Source: Octopus bimaculoides (taxonomy: Eukaryota). Taken from it: a DNA stretch of 40,727 bases. The stretch spans positions 61,541,601 to 61,582,327 of the forward strand of contig NC_068989.1 of assembly GCF_001194135.2 (NCBI RefSeq), read 5' to 3'. The notes below the pieces were generated by a model. It had not been told where the DNA came from. It was given only the letters and a program-made list of their open reading frames with translations, and did not search any database. Positions 12,745 through 26,592 of this stretch are shown in pieces; the first letter of the stretch is position 1, and the number at the start of each line of letters is the position of its first letter. The translations under genes were made by a program, and so were the position numbers.

Positions 12745-13790
12745 GACCAAGTTTGCATACATGAGGCTGATAACATCGTAAAACTTGGAATGTAGCTCCT
12801 TGAGCAATACTCTTTGTCTGATAACTTAGAATACACGCCCAAAGAAGTCGCACGACTCTACTGCAACGTATCATCAGATGAAAGAGTGAGCCTATATGAG
12901 CAAAAGACTATACATGGGTATGTTACTAGAAAGCTCCGTGATGATAGTAACATCGATCATCAAAGCAGTTTATCATGGAACAATAGCCGGATTACTGTCT
13001 CCCACTTTGAAGGGTCTGCGTTTGCAATCCAGGAACAGGAAATATCAACCAAGTACCTGATGCACAAAAGGGATAGAGATGCAGGTAAATCAGTAAAGTG
13101 TGAGAACCGATGCAGTCTTTGTGGAGTTCACGCTGAAGATATCACCCACATTATAAGCAGTTGTCCGAAAATGTCATCACGGTATTATCTACCGATGTGA
13201 CATTATAGAGTTAGACCACTCTATAATGAAATTCGTCGGAAGGATAAACCTGAGGGAAAAGAAATAAGAACCTACAATATGGCAGAAGCCATAGCTACTC
13301 ATAATAAAAAGAACACTGGTGGGATGTATCAGTGAAGGCCTCAATACCTCAATAAAATGTAATAACAACAGACCTGATATAACGATTTGGGATGAAGAAG
13401 AGAAACTGCACAGTGGTGAAAATAAGCTGCCCAGCAGATGTTAACACAGCTGATGATCAGTGAAAAAGAGAACACCTATGCTGACCTATTGAGAAATCTG
13501 CAGTTACTCTAACCAGATTACAAGTTCAGGTCTATACCTGTAATTATTGGGGCCCTGGGATATGTAAAACGCTGCTTAAATACCAATCTTGAGAAATTAG
13601 GCTTCTCAAAACCAGAAAGGAGAAAGCTGATTCGAAGACTAAAATCAAATCCATCACTGAAACTTTAAAAATTTGTAAGACTTTCCAGAAGTTTATCATT
13701 TAAATATATACGAGCATGTTTAGATATGCAACTATATGCATGAGAATACGTACATAAAACTTACAACTCTGCACATGCATACATACATAC
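12745..13790 (+). mobile_element. 5'-truncated RLE-type (R4-like) LINE, second family, copy 1
   Basis: HFEGSAFAIQEQEISTKYL, CENRCSLCGVHAEDITHIISSCP (CCHC), RPDITIWD, EKENTYADLL, PVIIGALG, KFII* (stop 13701-13703). (CATA)n on both sides. Confidence 0.85.
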
Positions 13791-15504
13791 ATACATACAT
13801 ACATACATACATACATACATACATACAAATATACCCTGTTGTTGATATTGAAATTCCAATAAAGGAGACTTGGATTGCTGCTGAGTATAACTAGAGAAAC
13901 GTGATATAAGTTGCTTTCTTTCTCTCTATCATATGATTCTTTGAACTTGAGACGGAACACTCTAACCTCTAGTCCATACATCTTCGAAGTATTTATTCTA
14001 CTACCTCACTTACTTCCTAAAATAATATTCCCGCTAACATACTGACATACGTCTGCCTCTATATTACGTCCTTCAATATTTCACAATGAAGAATATAACA
14101 GATAGTTCCATCCCTTTACCTCGATATGTTAGTTCTTCCGTATAAACTTCCCTGACAATATATTACATATTCTTACTGATGTAATAAGCACAATGATACA
14201 TTATCTCATAATTCCCAGCAGTTACACATACTTTTCCTTTGTTTCACCGTTTTAGCAGAGTCCTGAACAAATGCTTTCAAGAAATGTTTTCACAAAACGG
14301 TCTGCTGCATACTATAAGCGCCAAAGACAGTTATAAAAATTTAATCTTGTAACCATTATGTGCATTAACGGCTAAATGAACACCTTTCGGCTAATGAGAT
14401 TGTCTATTGTATAATCAAGAGAACTGGATTTTTCCTACCAAATACTCTGGTCGAAGTTTCTAGAAACTTCATTTATAGAATCTGGGAATTTTATTTCCTA
14501 GGCAGAACTATCTCACACTTTCAGGATTGGTGTGTTCTCTTTTTCTACTTGTTCTGCCTAGAACCATACGGTATGCGGAGCATTGTCAGTCTCTATTGGA
14601 ATAAGGCGTCCTTAATCTTTCGACCTAATTTGTTCTGAATACTTATGAACTTTATACTATTTTTATACAGGAAACCTTGAAGTTACTCCATTCGATATAT
14701 CTTGAATGTTGTTCAGTTTATTTAACTATTGTATGTATGTTAATGTAAATGTTGAAGGCTAATAAAAATGTAAGAGAACTAATACCACTATCAGTTTAAT
14801 CATTATGAACTTAAAAAGCAGCTCATCAAATAGCTATTTAATAACCGTAATAATATTCTAAACTTCATCAAAAAAGTATATATATTCTTACTGATTAAAT
14901 ATATTTCTCTCCTAAATTGTCATTGTCTTTATTCCAGTGATAAAAGTTTTCTAACTTCCGTCGCTACCTGTACCATCGACACCGCATAAACTACCTCCAG
15001 CGACATTATCTCCTCCAATACTACTTCCACCATCTAAGTGACATTACAATGCCCCCTCTGTCTCTCTGTCTCTCTTTGTTTGTCTGTCTCTCTCTATGTC
15101 TGTGTGCGTATATATGTCCATTACATGATCCAACCATTCACTACCAATTATTCTCTCAACATCAATTCTAATATTCTAATAACATACACTTCGGTGCCTT
15201 TAACAAGGTAAGATCACCAAAGTTCGCCATTTGCCTGCATCTATGATATAATGCCTCTCCCATTAATGGCCCATTTCTGATTTTAATAGCTGGTCCCTTC
15301 CTTTATATACACAAGGGAAACATGAGTTACATTTACAGAGGAAGAGAAGGAAGACTGTAACAGTGAAAGAAAGATATGTCAAAGCAAACATGCAGCATTA
15401 AAACAGTGAAATATTAAAGAGAACAAGAAATCCTGTCATAGTACTGTAATGAGGCAAGTGTTGAAGTATTTGCCGTACGTGCGTTATTCTTATATGTATA
15501 TATA

Positions 15505-15648
15505 CGTTTGCTTTTTTGACTTGTTTCAAACATTAGGCTGCATCGATGCTGGGGACCACCTTGAAGAATTGTAGCCGAATGAATCGATCCCAGTGCTATT
15601 TTTTAAGCCTGGTAATATCATATCGGTATTTTGCAGAACCGCTAAGTT
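15505..15648 (-). mobile_element. SINE family A 3' fragment
   Basis: Diverged match to 3123-3270 (TTGTTTCA...GCTG..GCACC; AAGCCTGGTA; GAACCGCTAAG). Confidence 0.6.
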
Positions 15649-15849
15649 GTATGTATGTATGTATGTATGTATGATTTTTCTTTGAGTTTTACTTAAGTTT
15701 TTCCTGAAAGATTTGAAGCCGGTCGCTAACAAAGCAACACAACTTTTTTGAGTTACGAGAGTTCCCGGTATGTGTAACATGTGGTTGAGTTGGTGTGTTG
15801 GGTGAATTGTCGTAACATATGTACGTACGCATGACTGTATGCATATGTG

Positions 15850-16752
15850 CAGATTTATATATTTTGCTTTATGTATTTTCATGCATATAGTTGCGTATCT
15901 AGACATGCTCATATATACTTAAATGATAAACTTCTGAAACGTTTTACAGATTTTCACAGTTCCAGTGATGGATTGGATCTGTAGTGTTCGAATTAGCATT
16001 CTACTTTCTGATTCTGGTTTTGAGAAGCTTAATTTCTCAAGATTGGTATTTAAGCAGTGTGTTACATTTCCCTGGGCCCCAATAATTACAGGTGCTAACC
16101 TGACCTTGTAATCTGGATAGAGTAACTGCAGTTTTCTCAATAGTTCAGCATAGGTGTTTTCTATTTCACTGATCTTCAGCGTAATGCTAACATCCGCTGA
16201 GAAGCTAATTTCCACAATTGTACACAGTATTGTCTTCTCTATCTCAAATCATTATATCAGGTCTGTTGTGATTATATTTTATTGGGGTCTTCCCTGGGGC
16301 ATTCCACCAGTACTCCTACTGTTGTTTCTTATTTCTTTGTACTCGGAGGCATCCTTCAGACGGATTTCATCATAGAGTGTCCTAGCAACAACATCATGTC
16401 TCATCGGTAGATAATAGCGTGATGACGTTCTTGGACAACTTTTTACCATGTGACTGATAACTTCGGTGTTAACTTCACAATATCTGCATCGGTTGTCATA
16501 TTACTGCTTTTCCTGAATATCTATTCCTTTCGGGCATCAGGTATTTGGTTGATATTTGCTGTTCTTGCATAGCAAATGCATGCTCTTCAAAGTAGGTGGT
16601 AGTATTCCGGTTATTGGCCCATGATAGACTGCTTTGAAGATCAATGTTACTATCATCTCGGAGCTTTCTACTAACATATCCATGCATATTATTCTGCTCG
16701 TATATGCTCATTCTTTTATCTGATAATACGTTGCAGTAGAGTCGTGCGACTT
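15850..16752 (-). mobile_element. 5'-truncated RLE-type (R4-like) LINE, second family, copy 2
   Basis: Reverse-complement homolog of 12843-13760 (AAGTCGCACGACTCTACTGCAACG start; ENTYAELLRKLQLLYPDYK...PVIIGA...KFII*). Confidence 0.85.
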
Positions 16753-16756
16753 ATTA

Positions 16757-16950
<194 letters not shown>

Positions 16951-18410
16951 TATCTATCTATATATCTGTGTATGTGAGAGTGCGTGTGCCTATGCGTGTG
17001 TGTGTCTATACATACAGAACAAAGCCATGTGATTTTTACACACGTCTTTCTGAAATTCGTCTGAGACAAAGGAATAAAGCTGATGCCGTTCAATCATTAT
17101 CTATTAGTTGCATACACTCACACACCCTCTCTCACACACACCGCACCACGTCACAATCTCACCTAGCCATATGTAGACGTATATATAGAGAGACTGAAAT
17201 AGAAAAGCGATAGATATTGTGAGAATCTATTATATTCACTATAACTAAACGAGTATTATTATCGCTTCACAATTTTCTGATGTAAAAATATTGAATTGCC
17301 GCTCTAGCCATTCAGAAAGCTAAATTTAGTGCGAGTTAACTTGATAGAATCATATAGTGTGAGAAGTAAGGGTTTACATACACAATGTTTCCATTATTAT
17401 TCCAGCAATGAAATATTAGGTGTTATTAATAAGAAAAGATTACATGAAGCTGATTGGGTCGTAAAGTGGCCAGATAAAGACATCTTGATTATCAAATGGC
17501 AAATCTTGACTTTTTTTCAAAAGCTGTAATAGCGCTTGAAGATATTGACTCCATAGAAATGGTAAAATTATTACTAGAATGCACTTTAAGATTTCTCAAC
17601 ATGTCGTGCACCGTTGACCGTGAAATAACTTGCTTCTGATTGCGACAACTTCTGTTTAAATGTGTCTGAGTTTAGAGTTCATAGCGTGTCAGGAAGCACA
17701 AAGTTAGAAAGCGCTAATGGCATAAATTAAATTAATTTTCGTGTCAAACTTAAAATCAAATGATGTATGAGTTATTTGGTGTATGAATGCTGCTGGTGCT
17801 GTGACGTCATGCAAATAGCTCTTTCGTCAAATATTCATATTAGAACAAAATGTATTACAGACTGATTTAGACGTATAAAAAGCGACACATATTTTAGCAC
17901 AAGTTGTATTATATTAATCAGTTATATTCTTGTGTGATTATGAATCAATGAAAAATCGGAGAAAAAAAATATGATAATAATTTCTATTTTCAAAGTTACT
18001 TTATAGAAAACGTAAAGAGTGTAATTTGAATAATAGTAAATGGAGCTTTCTGTTAATTTCTATTGACTCTATTGTCTAGCTTGCCATTCATTCAATACCA
18101 ATATACGTTTTAATTTGTCATGATGTCTGCCTTCTATATTGTCACTAATTTCGATATTGAAGCATTTCCCCTTCCTCAATCGCTCCCTCTCTTCCTCTTT
18201 CTCCTATCTTACACCCTTCACCCCCTCTCTCTCTTTCTCTATTTTTCTGTTCTGTTCCCATATTTTATCAGATATTTTCCTTCCAATTATGAAAACAAGA
18301 TACTACATGCAGTACATTAAATCATGATAAATATAAGACCACGTCCACGAGAAAGTCTTTACGTGATCGCTCAGTCTCATAGATATAACAGTCATATATT
18401 GTATTCCTTA

Positions 18411-18643
18411 TATCAGGTCATCCCATAAGTTCTGTCCGAATTTGTAATAAAGAAAACAAGTGATCAAATGTTGTATTTAATTGAAATTTTATCATCAGTA
18501 TACTTTCTCTGATTATGTGATGTGATCTTTGCAGTGTGCGGTCGCGCATTGTTCTGATGAAACATCACTCCTTTTCGATTCACTAAACCGGGTTTTTTTT
18601 TCTTCAAAGCTTGGTTCAAACACTCTAATTGCTGACAGTAGAC
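18411..18643 (-). mobile_element. Mariner fragment with one TIR
   Basis: Minus: VYCQQLECLNQALKKK.PGLVNRKGVMFHQNNARPHTAKIT (DNA.PH motif region, D to N). TA-TCAGGTCATCCCATAAGTTCTGTCCG terminus at 18411. Confidence 0.8.
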
Positions 18644-20560
18644 TTGAGCATGACCACTCTAGTCATGAACTCTTCCCACTTCCTATCTTCCTGGAGATCT
18701 GGTCCTAACTAGACTCCAAGCACTTTCACCGGATCCTCCGTCAAGCGACGGATATTGCTTTTAGGACAGACACCAGATAGCGATGGTCAAACCTGTCAAA
18801 AAATTTGGACTGGTCCACATTGAGCAGTGTCCCTCGAAAGCACGTTCTACGATGTATCGCATGAGGTGGAGATTGTTATGGATAGATCTACCGGGGATGG
18901 TACAGGTTTGTGCATCCCCAACTATACTACCGACAACAAGCGTTAGCCTCTTGGCGGGCACCTTAGCTAAAATTTTAACGCGGTGTTGAGTAGAGTTATG
19001 GGCCTGAAGTTTTCAATCACAACCTCTTTGTTCGGAACCTTTCTCAGCAGTATCACCACTCCCCGACTCACATGACTGGGAATGCTTCCTGTCTGTTGCC
19101 ATGAGCCATAGACAGCTGCTAAAATCAGTGCAAACAAGTTGACATGTGAGCATACAGTTCATAGGTCAGACCATCCAATCCTAGTTATTTGCGCCCCAAG
19201 CAGCAGCCCAGTACGTCTTCCATTTCCTCCAATAAAATTTGCTTATCGCAGCACTCGATATCCTTATCCGATAGGCGCGGCATAGCCTCGACATAAGCCT
19301 CAAAGAGCGCTGTGTCAAGAATGCTACTCCTCGAAAAGAGGTCGGCGAAATGCTGCCGAAATACTGCGCTGATCTGTCTGGAATCGGACTGCCCCTGGCC
19401 ACAGCGGTCCGTCACAGAACGAATCCTAGATTTGTTTCTTTGTTGTGCCTCTGCTACCTGGGCCCAACCAGCAGCATTAGAGCCTTCGTGTGTCAAGGCC
19501 CACACCCTAGCTCGAACAATACAGCCTTCATGTTTTACGTCGAAGAAATGGTCGAGTGCCATTCTTGCCTCTGGCACGTCTTTTGCAATCCCACTTTTAT
19601 GTGCCTCTTCTAAGTTACTAACTAGTTTCTTTTCTATTCTGTTGTTTTCTAAAGCAATCTCTTTGCTGAAAGTAACTGACACCTCTCTGATTTTCCTTTG
19701 TCAGGAGACCCACCACTTGTTGCTGTGGGCTCCCGTCTATTCCTGTTTAAGTAGTCTACTAAATCCGTTCTCTGAAATCTTTCCGTGCCATGACGGACGC
19801 GTTCATCTTCTAGTAACCAGGTCCTAGTCTAGTTATTTTTCCTAAGTAGACTGTAAAAGTCCCGAATTTGTAATCTAAATAGCTAAAGATCTGAAAATGT
19901 GGGCAACTTATACTTTCCTTATCCGCTAGCCTAATAAAAGCCCTATCTAAGTATGACCTGGATGACCCACTGCGATTTGACTAAGTCAACACTGGTGTAT
20001 TTGAGTGATCGAAGCGTGGCGAATATTCTCATACTGTTGGAAATACCTGAGGAAGTTCACGAGGTTTATGCACCTCACTCTTCTATCCGCTGCTCCTACA
20101 AACTCTTTCCTTGCATCTAAGATCCCATTCCAATCACCTGCTAACACTAATGGGCGAGATATCCCCATGAAAGTCTGTTGATGTCTAAAGAAATCTGGCC
20201 GTCCAGCTATGCTGGGACATAGATTGTCATTATTCTGAAAGTTCCTACATTGCCTTCTTTGCTACTTACGCCCAAGAAAACCATCCTACCAAGTGGATCG
20301 AGAAAAACCGTATTCAACTTCAAGTCAAGGCCTTTCCGAAAAAGGACCGCGACATCATTTAATCCAGATCGACCAGAGGAGGTATAAACCGCGTAGTCGT
20401 GCAGAAGAAGAGCAAGCGATTGTGTTTCAGAAATCTTAATTTCACTAATGACTACTGCATCCAGACAAATTTACCTGAGGTCGTTGAGCAGGTGACCCTC
20501 CCCAGGCCACGAGCATTCATACAACCTATTCTTAGAATGGCGATTTCATTAGGAGAGAAG
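18644..20560 (-). mobile_element. Decayed Tx1/L1-clade LINE ORF2 (APE endonuclease, linker, partial RT), internally deleted
   Basis: LRIGCMNARGL, VVISE, PLVLAGDWNGILDAR, CIVRAR, CTIPGRSIHNNLHLMR, DPVKVLGV*LGPDLQ. ORF1 remnants may extend toward ~21070. Confidence 0.8.
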
Positions 20561-21267
20561 GAAACAAAAGAAAAGTCAGTCACTTACTTTTAGCTTGGGT
20601 TGATCTTTTTTCGGGGTCCTTAATCCAAAAGATTTTTTGAGAAGCCCCACATCAGTGGAAAATGTTTCCTCAGAAAATTATGCAATGAGTTGTTCTTATC
20701 AGAAACCTCCCTTCTTGGGTTTTGGATTACCTAAATAGATGGGAAGAAGAAAGGGCTTGAAAAGTGATAAAAGAAATATATAGTATAGAAAATAGGTGAA
20801 CGAAACGATGTAGTCCTCCTAAACAGAAGAACATTCAACTCGGGTCAAAGGAACTCAAATCCATCATCACCCGGACCATCCAGAATCTAAAGTTAGAGAA
20901 TATGTCCATAACATCCATCACACAACGGGAATCACCTTGACCACCTCTGATTCAGACACGTCCATTACAATTATATTGCCGTGATCTCAGCATGAAAGGA
21001 CGGTTCGCTTGTATCGATGTTCAATGGTCTACCACTCAAGTTTTCCAAATTCCGTAGTGAAGATTCCTGCAGTAAACATAAATAACACAGCAAGAGAATC
21101 ATTAGTGAACAGAACTTAGTATACTACAAGGTTCTGAGAGTGACCATTTTGTTGGGCCCTGTAAATTGTAGCTATTCAAAATACTGAGTTAGAAAAAAAG
21201 AAAAAAAGAGTATTTGCCCCAAAGCTACCTGGAATAGCTACTTAGATCACTCGATCAACAATGATTA

Positions 21268-21410
21268 TTATATTCATAGCCTACATTGCATATATTCCGG
21301 TGAATATACATTTACTACTTTGTAGTTGAGCTAACTTCCAAACAACTACTATGAAATATATACCACTAAAACAGTGTTTGCTACGTAGTTGTTCTGTTAT
21401 GTCACACCTT
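21268..21410 (-). mobile_element. Probable Tc1/mariner-like left end, duplicate of 23384-23525
   Basis: ~142 bp near-identical direct repeat of 23384-23525, where the same sequence leads into a transposase-like fragment. Confidence 0.6.
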
Positions 21411-22275
21411 CCAGACGAAAGGCGTATCCGCTTCTCTCTGAAACGCCATATTTGGTCTTGGTTGCTGCACACAGCGCCATAATGCATATTCTTATTTTGT
21501 CAACAATAGCTTTTAATACAAAAACGTATAAAGCTAATCCGATATATTTTCCAAAAATTTTGTTAGAAATAAATTCTGAGTTAGGATTCTAACCAAAACG
21601 AAGGTTTCATCTTCTATATTCCATATAGATTTTTCTTTATTTTCGTAACACCAGTAATAGAAACTTTGTAAGAAATGGAAAATTACTTTAATTTAGTTAA
21701 AATGGCTGAGTGAAGCATATCAAAAAGATATTTGAGAATTTATTCGATAAGGAATAAAAGAAAAAATAAGACAAACAAGAGATAGATTACTTTGTTTCTT
21801 TTAAATGTAGAATTAGTTTTCTTGATTTGGAGACAGAGTTTCATTTATATTTTCTGTAGAAATTATCTTTCTATTTGTACTTTCTATTTTCAGAAACTTA
21901 ACTTAATGCACACAATGGATTCATCGAGATAGAATTTGTTTAAGATTGCTACTAATATTACGCAAAATCCAGAATATCTGCGCAGGCAAGAATTATTGAT
22001 ACGCAGGCTTGTATGTACATACAGGCACACACAAAACACACACACAGACATACAGACACAGAAACACACACAAACACACTGATAGAGGCACGCCCGCACA
22101 CACACACACACATGCACATACAATACACACACATGCCTTATATACATATATACACACAATTTTTAAGAGTATACATAGGAGTGTATATGTATACATTTAT
22201 AAATGTACACCCACACACATACATTAATACTGTATATGAATACATATGAGTATATCAAAGATATGTGTGTGTTTG

Positions 22276-22310
<35 letters not shown>

Positions 22311-22604
22311 GCACAGGCACATATACACAAACGTATATGTAAATCTGTACGTGCATTTCCAATGATAATATAAACAGGATATTTTAAAAATTCTATACTG
22401 CAATATGCCGTTTATGTCTAATGTTTATAGATAAATTTTAAAATCAATAGAAGGTTTAGGACAGAAAATTGCATGTTGCACAGAGAGAACTTGAACACTG
22501 TGTTTGGTTATAATTCCTCTGTTTTGATTCCAATCCACCTGAAACGCATTTTTGTTTTGTCTTCTTTGTTCTTACTCTCTCGTTACATTTTCTCAACGTT
22601 ATCT

Positions 22605-22830
22605 TTTACCTTTTATTCCTTTCAGTCATCGGAGTGCGGTTATATGCTAAGGCAACGCCTTTACTGTTTTACTTGAACAAATCAACCCCAGTATATTTTA
22701 TAGCCTGGTACTCCATTCTATCGATCTTCTTTTCCGAAACTCTACACTACGTTGACGTAAGCGGAGAAACACCCGGTGTCAGGTGATGGTGGCGGTGGTA
22801 GTGGTGGGGGCAAAATAAACAGAAAAAGAA
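22605..22830 (-). mobile_element. Degenerate SINE family A 3' half
   Basis: Weak match to 3130-3330 (TTTCAGTCAT...CGCCTTTA...AGCCTGGTAC...TTCTATCG). Confidence 0.5.
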
Positions 22831-22882
22831 ACCCACAGACACACATACACACGCACGCACGCACGCACAAACTCACACACAC

Positions 22883-22913
<31 letters not shown>

Positions 22914-23189
22914 CATCGCAGGCGTGGTTGCGTCGTAAAAAGACACATGGTCCTGGAATCAGTCACTCTGCCTGAAACATTGGTAGTGTTTTCAAATATG
23001 ACTTCGGATCGACCAAACGTTTGTAAATAGATTTGATAGACGGAAACTGAATGAGATAAGTCGTATATGTGTGCATGTTTGTGTGTGTGTGTATGTGTGT
23101 GCGTGTGGGTGCGTGCGCGCGCGTACATATACATAAATATTTATACACACACAGACATACACATGTATACATATATTTGAGCACATATT

Positions 23190-23525
23190 TCTCTCCAGTC
23201 TCATGGTCTTATAAACTTGCCTGAGCTCATGACGACAGATCATCTTGAAGAGGTGGGTCTTGAAATCCTCCTTCAGCACATGATACATCAATGTTCGGCT
23301 CATATTTGCAGGGGCAGCCAGTTTTCTGATGGAGCCGTGAGGAATTCACCATATCTTTTCTCTGGTACTTTTGATAAGTTTGATTATATTCATGGCCTAC
23401 ATTGCATATATTCCGGTGAATATACATTACTACTTTGTAGTTGAACTAACTTCCAAACAGCTACTACAAAATATATACCACTAAAACAGAATTTGCTACG
23501 TAGTTGTTCTGTTATGTCACACCTT
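23190..23525 (-). mobile_element. Tc1/mariner-like 5' end with N-terminal transposase fragment
   Basis: MSRTLMYHVLKEDFKTHLFKMICRHEL..YKTMRLE resembles the second HTH/linker of Tc1/mariner transposases and the 40290-40600 fragment. Confidence 0.6.
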
Positions 23526-23611
23526 TTTCGGCCACGTTCAGGTTGGAACCATACTTTTTCGACCACGATCAGCGTTGGAACGAAATAGTATTAATAACAG
23601 ATTTTTTTTTT

Positions 23612-24261
23612 AAATTTTGTTATCAGGTCAGCAATTTTGAGAGAAAGGGTAAGTCGATTTCATCGTATCCAGAACATGTACTTTATTTTATCGACCTCGA
23701 TAGCTGAAGGCAAAGTCAACCTCGGTGGAATTTGAAGTGAGAGCGTAAAGACCCCGAAGGATTACCGATAAGCATTTTGTCGACGCGCTAATGATTCTGC
23801 CACCATAACGCCTTAATAATAATGATGCTAATTTCCCGGTACTATAGGCACCGGACCTGAAATTGAGGAGAAAGATAGTCGATTACACCGACCTATTACT
23901 CAACTGGTACTTATCTTATTGACCCCAAAATGATGAAAGGCAAAGTTGACCTCAGCGAATTTGAACTCAGAAGATGAAGACAGACGCCGCTAAGCATTTT
24001 GCCCTTCATACTAACGATTCTGCAAGCTCACCGCCTTCTTAATAATAAACAAAAAAAAAAAATCTTTTCTGCACAAGGCATGAAATTTGGGGGAGGGGGA
24101 TAGTCGATTACATCGACCCCAGTGTGAAATTGGTGCTTATTTTATCGACCCCGAAAGGATGAATGACAAAGTGTACGTCGGCGGTGTTTGAACTCAGAAC
24201 GCAGCGACGGGCGAAATACCGCTAAGTATTTCGTCCAGCGTGCTAACAATTCTGCCAGCTC

Positions 24262-24359
<98 letters not shown>

Positions 24360-24570
24360 TCTTTCTACTAAAGGTACAAGGCCTGAAATTTGTGAGGAGG
24401 GGGCCGTCGATTAGATCAATCCAGTACGCAACTGGTAAATAATTTATCGACCCTGAAAGAATGAAATGCAAGTCGACCTCGGTGGAAATCGAACTCAGAA
24501 TGTAAAGACGGACGAAATGCCGCTAAATCATTTTGCCTGGGGTGCTAACTATCCTGATTGCTCGTCGCCT
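23612..24570 (-). mobile_element. Four head-to-tail copies of tRNA-derived SINE family C (23612-23812, 23832-24035, 24064-24261, 24361-24570)
   Basis: Each has a minus-strand head GGCG..GAGCTGGCAGAATCGTTAG (box A), GAGTTCAAAT (box B) and a conserved GTCGACTTTGCCTTTCATCC..GGGGTCGATAAAATAAGTACC-like core. Copies are separated by AAT-rich tracts. Confidence 0.85.
24263..24359. repeat. (AAT)n microsatellite
   Basis: Directly visible; a second (AAT/AAC)n tract lies at 24571-24650. Confidence 0.95.
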
Positions 24571-24597
24571 ATTATTAATAATAATAATAATAATAAC

Positions 24598-24632
<35 letters not shown>

Positions 24633-25088
24633 CAACAATAATAATAATAACGTAATCGAATCAACATAATTAGCCTTTGCCTCGCCAAACGCATTCATTC
24701 TATTTATTTCCTATTTATTCTGCTACTTTAATTCCTGTTATCCATTGATAGAGTCCGGTTATGAAATTCTACAATGGAACATAATGGACTTCGTTGTGTT
24801 TATAGAGGCCTGACTGAAAATATACTCAGGAGGACTTGTTACTCAAGTAATCCCAGACATTATACAAATAAAGTGAATTGTTTGAATCAAAGAGGGATGC
24901 GATAGTGCGTTATAAGAAAAAAACCGAAACATAAAAGCGGGTTCTTGTTAGACAACTTTGGTTGATTGCTGCAGTGATTCAATAGTTTGTAATACATAAC
25001 CAGATGTATGTTGAGGCGTTAAATCATAAGTCAAAAATAAGAGGAAACAACTATTTATTAGTCAAGGCTGTATGTTTAAATTGGTTTC

Positions 25089-25208
25089 GCAATCGTGTGG
25101 TTTCGTGTTCCATTTCATTGTTGGGCGCCTTGGACAAGTATCTTTTATTATAGCCCAGGCTGACAATTGCCTTGTGAGTGAATTTAGTGGAAACCGTGTG
25201 GAAGCCCC
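25089..25208 (+). mobile_element. Degenerate SINE family A head fragment
   Basis: GCGCCTTGGACAAGT..CTT.TA.TATAGCCC.GG..GAC....GCCTTGTGAGTG matches 3400-3480 reversed. Confidence 0.6.
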
Positions 25209-25359
25209 TCATGTATACATATGTATGTGCGATTATGAGTATTTGTGTCTCTTTGTGTTTGTCCACTTCCCTAGATGCTTGAAGACCAGTGCTGTTATTT
25301 CTTTACATCCCTGTAATTTTTTACTAACTTATGTAGAAAATATGAAGGCAGACTAAGCG

Positions 25360-25850
25360 AGGAGATGCAAGGAGCTATCAGCATCCGTATAGGCAAAGCA
25401 CAAGGACCACACACTCATCATCACCTAGAACATCACACACACAGCTCCATACAAAAACTACCCTCACAGCTACGTCTGAACAACATAACACCTAAGACTA
25501 AGCACTTAGAACAATACAAACATCAAACACCCTGACCTCGACATTCGTGGTAAATGTACGGGGAATCAACCCATCACTCACTGCTCAAAAATAAAAGATC
25601 ACGTACATAGAGATTTGGCTTGCTGAAACAGCACACATCATCCCTTTCTTTATCCTTCCTGAAAACCACCTAAACAACACTTACATGCATGCCGAGGTGA
25701 AAATAAAAGATTTCACCATCATCCGTGCATATCGCACAGACCAAAATAAAGGAGGGACAGCCATTTTTCTCCATGATTCCTTTTCAGTTGACGCCAAGGG
25801 CATATTATACAACGGTTTCTGTGAATCCATATCACTATTCAACTTGCTAG
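25360..25850 (+). mobile_element. CR1-group LINE fragment: ORF1 end and APE endonuclease start
   Basis: VNVRGINP...LPENHLN...AEVKIKDFTIIRA.RT..NKGGTAIFLH...GFCES follows APE motifs (N.RG, E(T)HL, R.DR...GG.A.Y/F). Confidence 0.7.
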
Positions 25851-26592
25851 GAAGGGGGCTGAGAGAATCAACAAAAGTCATAGCGGGTATAATCATAAAA
25901 AGCTATCAAGATTTATTTGAATCAGTATAATGAGCTTTGGTAAAGGAAATCTTAAATCGAGGTGTTAGCTCACAATTAAAGGGGCAAGCCAATAGTAGAC
26001 AATTGATAATGAAACAGATGAAATCTTATGTGGTACTAAAGTAAAACATTTTAAACGACATTGTCATATTGTATAAAATTAAAATTTAGGATTATTCAGA
26101 AGATTATTAAGAAGAATATTATAACAAAACGGTAAAAGTTCTTTTTCAATACTTTTGAGTATATACTACACTTTCACCACAAATTATCTAGAAATGGCTT
26201 AATATTTATACATATTATATACTTTGATACTAACTTATCAGATGGTATCTGTGAAGATTGATCAATTGGTATTTATTGGTATTTAATAAAGGTGTACAGA
26301 GGTAAAAGAACATGTTCACTATATATTACTTAAATTATAATCTAAGTTGTTTATTTTAAGTAGTGAATATACCAATATTGTTTTATATAAGCTAAGTATG
26401 AATTTATAGTGGTACAAAAATTAGATTCATTTCATAAATAAATAAAGGCTATTATAAAATGATAAAATAATCAGGTAGGGTAGAACACCATGATTACAGT
26501 GTTCAATTAAATGGAGTTGCTTGACACGATCGTACTGCATTACCTTTGGATATCCTTGTTGCTTATTTTGATTTATATATATATATATATAT

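Noticed and set aside
14243-14330. Acceptor followed by a short ORF with dibasic sites (neuropeptide-like)
   Set aside because: Phase is incompatible with the signal-peptide exon and the ORF is short enough to be chance.
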